The notes: generated by a model from the letters alone, not told the origin. A DNA stretch of 64,000 nucleotides from Candidatus Brocadiia bacterium (GCA_050015075.1 JBEKCB010000019.1:1-64000), one strand, 5' to 3'. Numbered from the stretch's first letter, positions 8,789 through 19,128 are shown. Translations and numbers: made by a program.

Positions 8789-9076
8789 ATGCCGAAGAAA
8801 ATCGAGGTCGTAACGTTCAAGGCCGATGAGGCGCTGCGCGATGCGATGAAAGGCATCTCGAACCGATCGGAGTTCATTCGCAGCGCCGTGCTTCACGCGC
8901 TCGAGAGCGTTTGCCCGCTCTGCAAGGGAAGCGGCATTCTCACGCCGAACCAGAAGCGCCACTGGGACGCGTTCGCCCGCGACCACCAGTTGAAGGAATG
9001 CGCCAACTGCCATGAATTCAGCCTGGTCTGCGCGAAGACGCCGCGCCACCGCGTCCATCGCGGGGCCGCTCATTGA
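8789..9076 (+). CDS. Ribbon-helix-helix (CopG/NikR-like) regulator with C-terminal Cys/His metal-binding domain
   Basis: Beta strand VVTFKAD, helices EALRDAM and NRSEFIRSAVLHAL; then CPLC...H...H..ECANCH....C; RBS GGAGG. Confidence 0.82.
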   Translation: MPKKIEVVTFKADEALRDAMKGISNRSEFIRSAVLHALESVCPLCKGSGILTPNQKRHWDAFARDHQLKECANCHEFSLVCAKTPRHRVHRGAAH

Positions 9077-9114
9077 TTTGGCGTGGCGCCTGTGATAAAC
9101 TTACTCCACCGGAT

Positions 9115-9192
9115 GGTGAGAGTAGCTCAGTTGGTTAGAGCATCAGACTGTGGCTCTGAGGGTCGCGGGTTCGAATCCCGTCTCTCACCCCA
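9115..9192 (+). tRNA. tRNA-His (GTG)
   Basis: 8-bp acceptor stem GGTGAGAG/CTCTCACC including G-1, anticodon arm TCAGA-CTGTGGC-TCTGA, GGTTCGAATCC, encoded CCA. Confidence 0.97.
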
Positions 9193-9415
9193 ACGTATAA
9201 AAGCCGCTGCTGCCGGGGCACAGTGGCATCCGGCGAGGTGGCAGGCCGGTGTTCCTGATGGGCGGGTTTTGGCGGTTTTCGTCTTTCCTTGCGCGGGCCG
9301 GCGCCTGAAATTCAATTCAACTCGCAGACGAAAAGGCTCCACGTGCGGTTGGGGCGCGTGCTGTCTTCGCCAGGACCGGCGAGGTCCAGGATAGCGAAAG
9401 GAAAGGGGGCGCACC

Positions 9416-9796
9416 GTGAAGATCTTCGCGAGGTGGCCGGTTGGAATCGCAGCCGCAGCATGCGTGCTGGCAGCCGCCGCCATGATCGGCCTGGGGCAGA
9501 CGGAGCGCGCGCATCCGCTGGCGGCCACGTGGGAGTACGGCAGGCTTGTGGTGAATCTCGGCGAGAAAGAAACGAGCACTTGGACGCAAACGAATGGCGA
9601 CTTGATCGAGGACAGCTTGCAGAACCTGGGCCAGAGCTACCGTAAGCAGCATCCATCCGCCACAAATGTCGCCAATCCGGACCCCGAGATGGACGTGCTC
9701 TCGGCCATCGGCGCGTCCGGCTGGGAACTCGTCGCCATGCAGACCCGTGACAATGCCCGGTGGTTTTACTTCAAGCGAATCGCGCAGGCATACTAA
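9416..9796 (+). CDS. Small exported protein (DUF4177-like)
   Basis: Signal-like N-terminus; WEY...LSAIGASGWELVA...FYFKR pattern. Confidence 0.6.
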   Translation: MKIFARWPVGIAAAACVLAAAAMIGLGQTERAHPLAATWEYGRLVVNLGEKETSTWTQTNGDLIEDSLQNLGQSYRKQHPSATNVANPDPEMDVLSAIGASGWELVAMQTRDNARWFYFKRIAQAY

Positions 9797-9812
9797 TGGG
9801 CAAGGAGCAGCC

Positions 9813-12359
9813 GTGAGCAATCACAGGCGTGTCGTCAATCCGGCCCATACTTTTCTGCCCACCGAGGTCGAGGGCTTCGACGCGCTGGCGGAACTGGCGC
9901 TGGACCTGCGCTGGTCGTGGAACCACCATGCCGACAAGCTCTGGCGGCGGCTGGACCCCGCGCTCTGGGACCTGACGCAAAACCCCTGGGTCGTCCTGCA
10001 GACGGTGGCGCGGGACCGGCTCGAGCGGCTGCTGGCGGATCCGGGCATCCGCAAAGAAGTGCGCGAGCTGGTCAAAGCCAAGCGCCGCGCAGCGCAAACG
10101 CCCGCGTGGTTTCAGCAGGCGCACCCGAAATCGCTGCTGACCTGCGTGGCCTATTTCAGCATGGAGTTCATGCTGAGTGAAGCACTGCCCATTTACTCGG
10201 GCGGCCTCGGCAACGTGGCCGGCGACCAGCTCAAGACGGCGAGTGATCTCGGCGTGCCGGTGGTCGCCGTCGGACTGCTCTATCAGCAGGGGTATTTCCG
10301 GCAACTGATTGACCGCAACGGCGCGCAGCGGGCGCTGTTCCCCTACAACGATCCCGGCCAACTGCCGATCACGCCGCTGCGGAAGCCGAACGGCGAATGG
10401 CTGCGGCTGGAGATTATGCTGCCCGGCTATTCGCTCTGGCTGCGCACGTGGCAGGTCGAGGTCGGCCGCGTGAAGCTCTACCTGCTCGACTCGAACGACG
10501 CGGCGAATTTCCCCGCCCATCGCGGAATCACCAGCGAGCTGTACGGCGGCGGACTGGAAATCCGGTTGCAGCAGGAACTGGCGCTCGGGTTCGGCGGCTG
10601 GCGGCTGCTGGCGGCGCTCGGCATTCAGCCGGAAGTCTGCCACCTGAACGAAGGACACGCCGCGTTCGCGGTGCTCGAGCGCGCACGGCATTTCATGGAC
10701 GCGACCGGCCAGCCGTTCGAAGTCGCCCTCGCCGTCACGCGGGCAGGCAACCTCTTCACCACCCATACGGCGGTGGCCGCCGGCTTCGACCATTATCCTC
10801 AACCGCTCATCGAGCAGTACCTCACCCGGTACGCAAAGACCCGGCTCGGCATATCGCTTCGCGATTTCCTGGCGCTCGGCCGCCGGAACCCGGACGACGC
10901 GTCGGAAGATTTCAATATGGCGTACCTGGCGTTCCGCGGCTGCGGCGCGGTCAACGGCGTGAGCCGCATGCACGAGAAGGTGAGCCGGCATATTTTTCAG
11001 CCGCTCTTCCCGCGCTGGCCCGAAGCCGAAGTGCCCGTCGGCCATATCACCAACGGCATCCACGTGCCGACCTGGGACTCGGCGGAGGCCGACGACCTCT
11101 GGATGGAGACCTGCGGAAAGGACCGCTGGATGGGCACGCTCGACACGATGGAGTGCTGCATCCGCCGCGTCTCCGATTCCCGGCTCTGGCAGATGCGCAC
11201 CGAGGCTGGAAAGTCGCTCGTCGCCTACGTGCGCGAACGATGGTCCCGGCAACTCGCCATCTCCGGCCAGTCAGCCGAAGCGATCGAGGCGGCGAAACAC
11301 GTGTTCGACCCGGACGCGCTCATTCTGGGTTTCGCGCGCCGCTTCGCCACCTACAAGCGGCCGAACCTGCTGCTGCACGACCCGGCGCGGCTGCTGCGCC
11401 TGCTGACGGACCCGCATCGGCGCGTGCAACTGATCGTCGCAGGCAAGGCGCACCCGGCCGACGAGGCCGGGCAGGCGATGATCCAGGAGTGGACGAAATT
11501 CATCCGAAGGCCCGAGGCGCGCGGACACGTGGTCTTCCTGAGCGACTACGACATGCTCCTGACCGAGCGGCTGGTGCAGGGAGTGGATGTCTGGATCAAC
11601 ACGCCGCGCCGCCCATGGGAAGCCAGCGGGACGAGCGGCATGAAGGTGCTGGTCAACGGCGGCCTCAACCTGTCGGAGCTGGACGGCTGGTGGATGGAGG
11701 CCTATACGCCCGAGGTCGGCTGGGCGATCGGCGACGGCAAAGAACATGGCGAAGATCCCGCCTGGGACGCTATCGAAGCTGAAGCGCTCTACGAGATTCT
11801 GGAACACGAGGTCATCCCGGAGTTCTACGCGCGCGGCGCGAACGGCATTCCGGCGGCCTGGGTGGCGCGCATGCGCGAGAGCATGGCGCAATTGACGCCC
11901 CGATTTTCGGCCAACCGCTCGGTGCGCGAGTACGCGGAGCAACATTACATCCCCGCCGCCGCAGCCTACCTCGGGCGCGCCGCCGACCGCGGCGCCCTGG
12001 GAAAGCGGCTGGTGGACTGGCGACGGACATTGGATCAGAAATGGCCCGGTCTGCGTTTCGGCGAGGTGAAAGTGGAGACGAACGCCCGGCACCATGTGTT
12101 CAGCGTTCAGCTTCACCTCAACACGCTTGACCCGGACATGCTGCGGGTTGAGCTTTATGCCGATGGAATCAACGGTGCCGCACCCGAGCGGCATCCGATG
12201 CTGCTCATCGAACCGGCGCCTTCAGATGCGGATGTCCGCCTTTATCGCGCCCGCGTGGCGTCCGCGCGACCCGCGGCGAACTATACCGCGCGCGCGATAC
12301 CGAGCTGGGCCGGCGCCGCGGTCCCTATCGAAGCCGCTCACATCCTGTGGCAGCGGTGA
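9813..12359 (+). CDS. glgP: Alpha-glucan (glycogen/maltodextrin) phosphorylase
   Basis: AYFSMEF, YSGGLGNVAGD, HLNEGH, FARRFATYKR, EASGTSGMK (PLP lysine); GTG 9813 after AGGAG. Confidence 0.95.
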   Translation: MSNHRRVVNPAHTFLPTEVEGFDALAELALDLRWSWNHHADKLWRRLDPALWDLTQNPWVVLQTVARDRLERLLADPGIRKEVRELVKAKRRAAQTPAWFQQAHPKSLLTCVAYFSMEFMLSEALPIYSGGLGNVAGDQLKTASDLGVPVVAVGLLYQQGYFRQLIDRNGAQRALFPYNDPGQLPITPLRKPNGEWLRLEIMLPGYSLWLRTWQVEVGRVKLYLLDSNDAANFPAHRGITSELYGGGLEIRLQQELALGFGGWRLLAALGIQPEVCHLNEGHAAFAVLERARHFMDATGQPFEVALAVTRAGNLFTTHTAVAAGFDHYPQPLIEQYLTRYAKTRLGISLRDFLALGRRNPDDASEDFNMAYLAFRGCGAVNGVSRMHEKVSRHIFQPLFPRWPEAEVPVGHITNGIHVPTWDSAEADDLWMETCGKDRWMGTLDTMECCIRRVSDSRLWQMRTEAGKSLVAYVRERWSRQLAISGQSAEAIEAAKHVFDPDALILGFARRFATYKRPNLLLHDPARLLRLLTDPHRRVQLIVAGKAHPADEAGQAMIQEWTKFIRRPEARGHVVFLSDYDMLLTERLVQGVDVWINTPRRPWEASGTSGMKVLVNGGLNLSELDGWWMEAYTPEVGWAIGDGKEHGEDPAWDAIEAEALYEILEHEVIPEFYARGANGIPAAWVARMRESMAQLTPRFSANRSVREYAEQHYIPAAAAYLGRAADRGALGKRLVDWRRTLDQKWPGLRFGEVKVETNARHHVFSVQLHLNTLDPDMLRVELYADGINGAAPERHPMLLIEPAPSDADVRLYRARVASARPAANYTARAIPSWAGAAVPIEAAHILWQR

Positions 12360-12400
12360 CCCGCATTGCGAGTGTCATGAGCCGCCGTGCGACTAATTGA

Positions 12401-13990
12401 TCAGTTCTTCCGCGACCGGATGGCCGCGATCAAGTCCTCCGACGGGCCGCCTTTGGTCAGATACGCGGAGGCGCCCGCCGCGCGCATGGCGTCGGCCATG
12501 TCGCCCTCGGCATGCATGGAAAGCCCGATCACGCGCGTTTTCGGCAACTCGCGGCGGATCACTTTTGTGGCCTCGATCCCGGTCATCCGCGGCATGGCCA
12601 CGTCCATGATCACCACGTCCGGCCGAAGCTCGCGCGCGAGCGCGACGGCCTCCTCGCCGTCCGCAGCCTCGCCCGCCACCTCGATGTCCGGCTCGATCTG
12701 CAGGATTCCGACGAGCCCCTGACGGACGATTTTGTGATCGTCGGCGACCAGCACTCGGATCGTCCTCGGCTCGGCGCCGGATTCCTCCGGCAGCTCCGGC
12801 AGCGCGGCGGCGCCCTTCGTCTCGCGCGCGGCCGTCTCCGGCTTGGCCTCGCTGCGCCCGGTCGGGACCTGCAACGTCACCCGCGTTCCCTTTCCGGGCG
12901 AACTGGAAAACGTGACGCGCCCACCGAGGTGCGCGAGGCGCTGCTGGATGCTGAAGAGACCGAAGCCCGCGGCGCCGAGACTGCCGATCTTCTCCCCGGC
13001 GTCGAAACCGACCCCGTCATCCTCGACGACGATCCGCGTCCAACCGTTCCGGTCGCAATCCATGCGCACTCGGGCCTGGGTCACCCTGGAATGTTTTACG
13101 GCGTTGAACAGCAGTTCCCGCACCGCCTCGAACAGGAAGAGCCGGACGTCTTCATTGGTCGGTTCGGCCTCGCTGTTGGCGTCGAGTTCGACCGTGAAGT
13201 GGTTTTTCTCCTGCATCCGCCGCGCCAGCCACGCGAGCGCGGCGGTCAGCCCGGCGTCGTGAAGGACCGGCGGGCTCAGCTCGACCGTGAGCGAGCGCGT
13301 GGCCTCGACCGCCTCGCGCAGCGTATCGTTGATGTCCTTGACTGTGCCCAGTCCCGCAGCGGTCAGCCGCTGTTTCTCAAGGATGCCCAACCGCATCTGC
13401 GCGGCGACGATCAACTGCTGGACGTGGTCGTGCAGGACCTGCGCCAGCCGCCGGCGCTCCCTCTGCTCGACCTGGCCGAGTTCCGCCGCCAATGCGCGCA
13501 GCCGCATCGAAAGCCGCCGGGCCTCCTCGGTCCGTTCGGCCACGCGGCGCTCCAGCGTATCGTTCAGGGCCATGAGGTCGGTTTCGAGACGTTTCCGCTC
13601 GATGGCGTATCGAATGGTGCGCGCCAGCGTCGGCCCGTCGAGGCGCTGGTCCTTGAGCAGAAAGTCCTGGGCGCCCTTGCGGACCGCCTCGGTCGCCATC
13701 GCTTCGTCGTTGAGGCCGGTCAGCACGATGATCGGAAGCCGCGCGCCCAGCTTCGTCGCCTGCTCGACCGTGGCCAAGCCTCGGCTGTCCGGGAGCGAAA
13801 GATCGAGCAAGACGGCGTCGAAGTCGCCGTGCTGGAGACGCCGGATCGCCTCGGCCATGCTCTCGACGTGTGCCACGTCAAAGCGCCCGTGGGCATGCGC
13901 AAGGTGGTCCTGCAGCAACTGCGCGTATGGGATGTTGTCCTCGACCAGCAGGACACGGATCGGCCCGGATTGCATCAGTGTCATCCTCAA
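12401..13990 (-). CDS. Hybrid REC - HisKA_3/HATPase - REC signalling protein
   Basis: N-terminal REC, ERRRLAQVLHDHVQQ, ELLFNAVKHS, DDGVGFD, GFGLFSI, C-terminal NarL-type REC without HTH. Start uncertain by a few codons. Confidence 0.9.
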   Translation of the reverse strand: MRMTLMQSGPIRVLLVEDNIPYAQLLQDHLAHAHGRFDVAHVESMAEAIRRLQHGDFDAVLLDLSLPDSRGLATVEQATKLGARLPIIVLTGLNDEAMATEAVRKGAQDFLLKDQRLDGPTLARTIRYAIERKRLETDLMALNDTLERRVAERTEEARRLSMRLRALAAELGQVEQRERRRLAQVLHDHVQQLIVAAQMRLGILEKQRLTAAGLGTVKDINDTLREAVEATRSLTVELSPPVLHDAGLTAALAWLARRMQEKNHFTVELDANSEAEPTNEDVRLFLFEAVRELLFNAVKHSRVTQARVRMDCDRNGWTRIVVEDDGVGFDAGEKIGSLGAAGFGLFSIQQRLAHLGGRVTFSSSPGKGTRVTLQVPTGRSEAKPETAARETKGAAALPELPEESGAEPRTIRVLVADDHKIVRQGLVGILQIEPDIEVAGEAADGEEAVALARELRPDVVIMDVAMPRMTGIEATKVIRRELPKTRVIGLSMHAEGDMADAMRAAGASAYLTKGGPSEDLIAAIRSRKN

Positions 13991-14036
13991 AGCGAAACAC
14001 CCGGCCTGCGCCGGCGCGACGTTCGCGCCGCGCGTG

Positions 14037-14921
14037 CTAGCCTCGCCGCTTCTTCCGCTTCTCCTCGTACATCAGCGCGTCCGCGCGGCGGATCAACTCG
14101 TCGAGCGGAACGGGCGCCTCGCGGGCATATCGAGTCACGCCGATGCTGAGCGACAAGGGACTCTGCTTCTCATCGGCGTTCCGTTTTTCGATCTCCGTGG
14201 CGAGCCGGGTCAGGAACTGCGCGGGCGCCGACTCGTCGGTCTGGATCATCAGCACGACAAACTCATCGCCGCCGATGCGCGCCACGATATCCGAATCGCG
14301 GAAGGTCGCCCGCAGGATGCGCGCGGCGTCGCGGATCAGCCGATCGCCTTCGGGGTGGCCGAACCGATCGTTTATCGTCTTCAGGCCGTCCACGTCCGCG
14401 AAGAGGAGGTACAACCCGGTCTTCGTCCGCCGGGCGAGCTTGAGCTGCTGCTCCGCGAGCGCAAAGAAGCCGCGCCGGTTCGGGAGGCCGGTCAGCTCGT
14501 CCGCGAGCGAGAGCGCCCGGATGGCTTCCTCGGCGCGCTTGCGCTCGACGGCGTACCGGATCGAGCGCACCAGGAGCGCGCCATCCACGTTGCCCTTGAC
14601 CAGGTAATCCTGGGCGCCCTTGCGCACCGCCTCGGTTCCGATCGTCTCATCGTCCAGGCCGGTCAGCACGATGATCGGCAGGCGCGGATTGAGTGAAGTC
14701 GCGTGCTCGACCGTGGCCAGGCCGCGGCTATCGGGCAAAGACAGGTCCAGCAGCACGGCGTCGAAGCCGCCTTCGAGCAGGTGCGGCCGCGCCGCGGCTA
14801 TCGTCTCGACGTGGACGACTTCGACGCGTTCCGCGGCGGCGCTCGCCAGGTACTCCTGGAGCGCCAGCGCGTACGGCGCGCTGTCCTCGACCATCAGGAC
14901 CCGGATCGGCGCATGTTCCAT
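14037..14921 (-). CDS. REC-GGDEF diguanylate cyclase
   Basis: REC, then DELTGLPNRR, INDRFGH, RDSD I-site, RIGGDEF. Confidence 0.93.
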   Translation of the reverse strand: MEHAPIRVLMVEDSAPYALALQEYLASAAAERVEVVHVETIAAARPHLLEGGFDAVLLDLSLPDSRGLATVEHATSLNPRLPIIVLTGLDDETIGTEAVRKGAQDYLVKGNVDGALLVRSIRYAVERKRAEEAIRALSLADELTGLPNRRGFFALAEQQLKLARRTKTGLYLLFADVDGLKTINDRFGHPEGDRLIRDAARILRATFRDSDIVARIGGDEFVVLMIQTDESAPAQFLTRLATEIEKRNADEKQSPLSLSIGVTRYAREAPVPLDELIRRADALMYEEKRKKRRG

Positions 14922-14969
14922 GACGATCGCCTTTGCGGTTCTGCCGGCCTCGATGCCGTCGAACCGATC

Positions 14970-15419
14970 TCAACTCGCGGGCAACGTAACCACCGTCAGC
15001 CAGAAAGTCTCTATGGATTTCACTACATCCATGAACCGGTTGAAGTCCACCGGCTTCTTGACGTAGCAGTTCGCGTGAAGATCGTAAGCCCGCAGCACGT
15101 CCTCTTCGCCCTTCGAGGTCGTCAGGACGACCACGGGAATGTTCCGCAGGGGCGGCTCGTCCTTAATCTCCTTGAGAACCTGGCGGCCGTCTTTTCGAGG
15201 CAGGTTAAGGTCCAGCAGAATCAAGTCGGGTCTCGGCGCGCCCGCGTAGCGGCCTTCGCGGCGAAGAAAAGCCATCGCCTCGACGCCGTCTTCCACCACG
15301 GACATGCGGTTGTATATCTTGGCGTCCTTGAACGCTTCGACCGTCAGCCCCACGTCCGCCAGGCTGTCCTCGACCAGCAGGATCTCGATCGGCCGTCCTC
15401 CTTGCCCTGCCATGCCCAT
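14970..15419 (-). CDS. Single-domain response regulator (Rcp1-like)
   Basis: [46 protein letters not shown]. Real start 15419 or 15413; the longer ORF overlaps the kinase. Confidence 0.92.
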   Translation of the reverse strand: MGMAGQGGRPIEILLVEDSLADVGLTVEAFKDAKIYNRMSVVEDGVEAMAFLRREGRYAGAPRPDLILLDLNLPRKDGRQVLKEIKDEPPLRNIPVVVLTTSKGEEDVLRAYDLHANCYVKKPVDFNRFMDVVKSIETFWLTVVTLPAS

Positions 15420-15420
15420 T

Positions 15421-17580
15421 TCAATCTCCCTGTCCCTGAATGCTGAAATAGAAAGTGCTGCCCTTTCCAGGCGTCGAGTCAATCCACATACGGCCGCCGT
15501 GGCGCTCCACGATCTTCTTGCAGATGGCCAGACCGATCCCGGTGCCTTGATATTTCTCCCGCGTGTGCAGCCGTTGGAAGATGACGAAGATCTGGTCCCA
15601 GTATTGCTTGTCAATCCCGATGCCGTTGTCCCGCACGGCGAAGGTCCATCGGCCGCCCTCGCGGCGCGCGGAGACGTGGATCTCCGGCGGCCGTTCGCTC
15701 CGGAACTTGATGGCGTTGACGATCAAGTTCTGAAGAAGCTGGATCATCTGCGTTTCGTCCGCCGTCACCGCAGGCAGCGGCTCGCTGGTGATTACCGCCC
15801 CGCTTTCCCTGATCGCATGCTGCACGATGGCCAGAACCTTGCCCAGCACCGCCTGCATGTCGGTCGGCTGGAAAGGCTTGGGCGCGCTGCTCACCCGGGA
15901 GTAGGCCAGCAGGTCGTTAATAAGCTGCTCCATATAGGCCGCGCCCTCGACGGCGAACTTGATGTACTTGTCCGCGTTGGCGTCGAGCTTGTCCTTGTAG
16001 CGCCGCTCGAGCAGTTGCAGGTAGCCGGTGACCACGCGCAGCGGCTCCTGCAGGTCGTGCGAGGCGACGTACGCGAAGTGGCGGAGTTCCTCGTTGGAGC
16101 GCGCCAACTCAACGCCCGCGCGCTGGAGCGCCTGCTCGTCGCGCTTGAGGTCGGTGATGTCCAGCCCGTAAATGCGGATGCACGGGCCTTCGTTGATGTA
16201 GATCAGCGACTGATGGTAGTGACGGTCGCCGACGGCCACGTCGCGGTCCTTCACCTGCGCGCCGCCTCTTTGGAAGCCGGCCGTCACCGCTTCCCAATCG
16301 CCCAGCCATGAATGACGGGCGCCTTTCTCCAGCAGGTCCGGCAACTGTTTCCTGGAGGCCGGGTTGGCATAGGTGACGCGCCCGTCCATGCTGATCTCGG
16401 TAATGGGAATCGGGTTGCGTTCCGGGAAGGAGGCAAGCCGGGCGCGCTCCGCCTCCGCGCGCTTGCGCCCGGTAATGTCGTGCGCGATGGTGGCGGCCCC
16501 CGCGATCCGTCCTGCCCCATCTTTGATCGGAGAAATGGTCAGCGAGACCTGGATCACCCGGCCGTCCTTGCGCATGCGGTCGGTTTCATAGCGCTCGACC
16601 GGCTCGCCCCTGCGGATTTTTCCCAGGAGCGCCGGCACTTCATCGGGGCGGTCCGGCGAGTGGAGGATGGAGATCGGCCGGCCGATGGCCTCTTCGGCGG
16701 AATAACCGTACATCATCTCGGCGCCCTGATTCCAGCTCTCAATCACGCCGTCGAGCGACTTTCCGATGATGGCTTCTTCGGAAGAGGTGATGATGGCCGC
16801 GAGGCGCTCAAGGGCGTCCTCCGTCCGCCGGCGCTCCGTGACGTCGGCCAACGTCAGAAGCACGTGCGGCCGCCCTTCCAGGGTCAGCGGGTCCGCGCTG
16901 ACTTCAAGACACAGGCGAACCTGTTTTCCGTGGACGAGGATCGCGGCTTCCGCCGGAACGCCATGGACGGGACTTCCCGAGCGCAGGACCGATTCGAACG
17001 AGTTGCGGATCGGACATGAAGCGCAATGCGCGGTATGGCCGCATCCGGCGGCGTCACCGAGGGCGTGAGCGCAGCCGACCAGGTCGCCCGGCTGGTCCTC
17101 GCGGATCGTCGCCGAGTCCTTCCCGATCCAGCGCGCGACCGTGTTGTTGACCCGTTTGACCGCGCCGGTCTGGTCAATCAGCATCATGCCCACGTTCACG
17201 GCATCGAAGATCGTCTGCAGATTAGCCCGCTCTCTGGCCAGCGACTCTTCCGCTCGCTTGCGGCCGGTGATGTCCATGAACAGCACGGCGAACTGGCGCG
17301 GGGACGGACGCCAGGCGAAGACCTCAAAGTGCCTTTTCAGAATCGTCGAGTAGTTTTCGAAATGTACGGGCTGGCCGTCTAAGGCCACCTGGCCGTAAAC
17401 CTCCACCCATTTCGGATCTTCGTTCGGCAGAACCTGCTTGAGAGTTTTGCCCAGCACGTCGGCGCGCTTGAGGCCGGTCAGTTGCTCGAAGGCCGGGTTG
17501 ATCTCCAGGAAGCGGTAATCGCAGGGCCGGCCCTGCTCGTCGCAGATGATCTCGTGCAGCGCGAACCCGTCAGTCATCAC
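15421..17580 (-). CDS. Multi-PAS sensor histidine kinase
   Basis: Four PAS-like segments; [48 protein letters not shown]. Confidence 0.93.
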   Translation of the reverse strand: MMTDGFALHEIICDEQGRPCDYRFLEINPAFEQLTGLKRADVLGKTLKQVLPNEDPKWVEVYGQVALDGQPVHFENYSTILKRHFEVFAWRPSPRQFAVLFMDITGRKRAEESLARERANLQTIFDAVNVGMMLIDQTGAVKRVNNTVARWIGKDSATIREDQPGDLVGCAHALGDAAGCGHTAHCASCPIRNSFESVLRSGSPVHGVPAEAAILVHGKQVRLCLEVSADPLTLEGRPHVLLTLADVTERRRTEDALERLAAIITSSEEAIIGKSLDGVIESWNQGAEMMYGYSAEEAIGRPISILHSPDRPDEVPALLGKIRRGEPVERYETDRMRKDGRVIQVSLTISPIKDGAGRIAGAATIAHDITGRKRAEAERARLASFPERNPIPITEISMDGRVTYANPASRKQLPDLLEKGARHSWLGDWEAVTAGFQRGGAQVKDRDVAVGDRHYHQSLIYINEGPCIRIYGLDITDLKRDEQALQRAGVELARSNEELRHFAYVASHDLQEPLRVVTGYLQLLERRYKDKLDANADKYIKFAVEGAAYMEQLINDLLAYSRVSSAPKPFQPTDMQAVLGKVLAIVQHAIRESGAVITSEPLPAVTADETQMIQLLQNLIVNAIKFRSERPPEIHVSARREGGRWTFAVRDNGIGIDKQYWDQIFVIFQRLHTREKYQGTGIGLAICKKIVERHGGRMWIDSTPGKGSTFYFSIQGQGD

Positions 17581-17872
17581 CTGGCCCTTTGCCGCGGGCC
17601 GATTCGCACAGACGTTACGGCCGCCCCGGCGTCTGTCGCGAGTTCGCCCCGACTGCTCCGGCGCTCCATACCGGCCGATTCACCTACCGAATCATTACCC
17701 TACCTGAGACGGAGTGCCGATGTCAAGAAATGCACTGCCTGGCGGGCATTGGCGGTCTATCAGAATTATCGTCTGGAAAGCGGGTTTTCTTTAGTGGGAG
17801 TTCGTGGACACCACACCTGCGAGCGTTTTCCAGACAGAAGCCGACGGAGACGGCCCTGAGTGCTTCGCGGCC

Positions 17873-17901
17873 TTGAACTTGCCAATCCGGCATGCTACAC
17901 T
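17873..17901 (+). promoter_or_regulatory. Sigma70-type promoter
   Basis: TTGAAC 17873-17878, 17 bp, TACACT 17896-17901 with an extended -10 TG. Confidence 0.6.
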
Positions 17902-17912
17902 TCCGCGCAAGT

Positions 17913-17936
17913 CGCTATGTTATGTATAACATAGCG
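17913..17936. promoter_or_regulatory. ModE-type operator palindrome
   Basis: CGCTATGTTAT-GT-ATAACATAGCG, a perfect 11-bp inverted repeat in the CGnTATRT-N8-AYATAnCG format; a ModE wHTH gene lies 1.2 kb downstream. Confidence 0.8.
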
Positions 17937-18022
17937 CCGATGGGCGCGCGCGCGCCGAACACCTCAAGCGCACTCGCAAGCACGCCGGCCAGTGTCCATC
18001 CGGTTCAGTGGAGGAAGGCGTT

Positions 18023-19042
18023 ATGAGAGCGGGAATGGCGTTGGGAGTCGCAACGCTCGTGGCGGGCCTGGCGCTGTCGGGCCCTGTGGCGCACGGCCAG
18101 GATGATACGCAGCCGCAGTCGCAGAAGGACAAGGAGCGCATAGAGGCGCTGGAGAAGAAGATCGAAAAGCTCGAAGCGACCGAGAAGGCCCGGACAAAAA
18201 GCAGCGCGACTGCCGACGTGCTTCCCGCCGGCAGCGAGGGCATTCCGCCTTCCGAGTCCGCCGTGGAAGATTTCTTCAATGCCTGGTTTGACCGCGTGTC
18301 AAAAATCCAGGCGGAGCAACCGCACTGGATCACGCCGCTGGTGACCGTCACACCCCGTTTGGAGCAGGAGCTTCGTTACGACCAGTCATGGCAAAGGTTG
18401 CCCGGCGGCAAGACCCTGACGAATTACGACAATGGCAAAGGACTGGAGATAATCCCGGCTCTTCCCATCGAACTCATTGTCGGCGTGCCCCCTTGGGAAA
18501 CCGAAAACACTTCACCGCGCAAGCAAGGTTGGGCCGATGAAGCTTTCCTTCTCAAATACCGGTTGTTGTCCGCCAACGAGGAATCGGGCAATTACATCCT
18601 GACCGCGTTTATGGGCCTGTCCGTGCCGTGGGGCGGCGAGAACTACACGGAGGACCATTATATATTCACGCCGACCATCGCCTTCGGCAAAGGCTGGGGC
18701 GATTTCGACTTCCAAAGCACTTTGGGCATGTCCATACCTGACAACGGCGACTCGAAGTACGGCTCGGGAACGCCCCTTCTGTTTAACACGACTTTCCAGT
18801 ATCGGCTGCTGAAAATTCTTTGGCCGGAAGTGGAGTTCAATTGTACTGAATGGCCCAGTGGCAAGCACGAAGGAATTAATGACCAGGGTGGCCAGGTGTT
18901 TCTCACGCCGGGGCTGGTCATCGGACGAATCCCTATTGCGCACCGCCTGGCGCTGACCGTCGGCGCGGGTTATCAAGTCGCTCTGACCGACCATGCCCTC
19001 TACCACAACAGTTTCATTTTGTCGGTGCGGCTGCCGTTCTGA
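18023..19042 (+). CDS. Putative outer-membrane beta-barrel/porin of unknown family
   Basis: Signal peptide (AHG-Q), short coiled coil, amphipathic aromatic-rich beta strands, C-terminal VRLPF; RBS GGAGG. Confidence 0.7.
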   Translation: MRAGMALGVATLVAGLALSGPVAHGQDDTQPQSQKDKERIEALEKKIEKLEATEKARTKSSATADVLPAGSEGIPPSESAVEDFFNAWFDRVSKIQAEQPHWITPLVTVTPRLEQELRYDQSWQRLPGGKTLTNYDNGKGLEIIPALPIELIVGVPPWETENTSPRKQGWADEAFLLKYRLLSANEESGNYILTAFMGLSVPWGGENYTEDHYIFTPTIAFGKGWGDFDFQSTLGMSIPDNGDSKYGSGTPLLFNTTFQYRLLKILWPEVEFNCTEWPSGKHEGINDQGGQVFLTPGLVIGRIPIAHRLALTVGAGYQVALTDHALYHNSFILSVRLPF

Positions 19043-19128
19043 AGGGGAGAAACAGGACCGGGAAGCCGGCGAAATATTGTGGTGTCTCGGATGCGCGTGA
19101 TATAATCCGCGCTCCAGGAGGCCACGAA

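Noticed and set aside
9083-9394. 103-aa ORF
   Set aside because: It overlaps tRNA-His; spurious.
10397-11782. Long alternative-frame ORF inside glgP (also 9771-11252 on the minus strand)
   Set aside because: Arg/Ala-rich shadow ORF typical of high-GC coding DNA.
15420-15614. N-terminal extension of the response regulator ORF
   Set aside because: It overlaps the kinase C-terminus; the REC domain begins after 15419.
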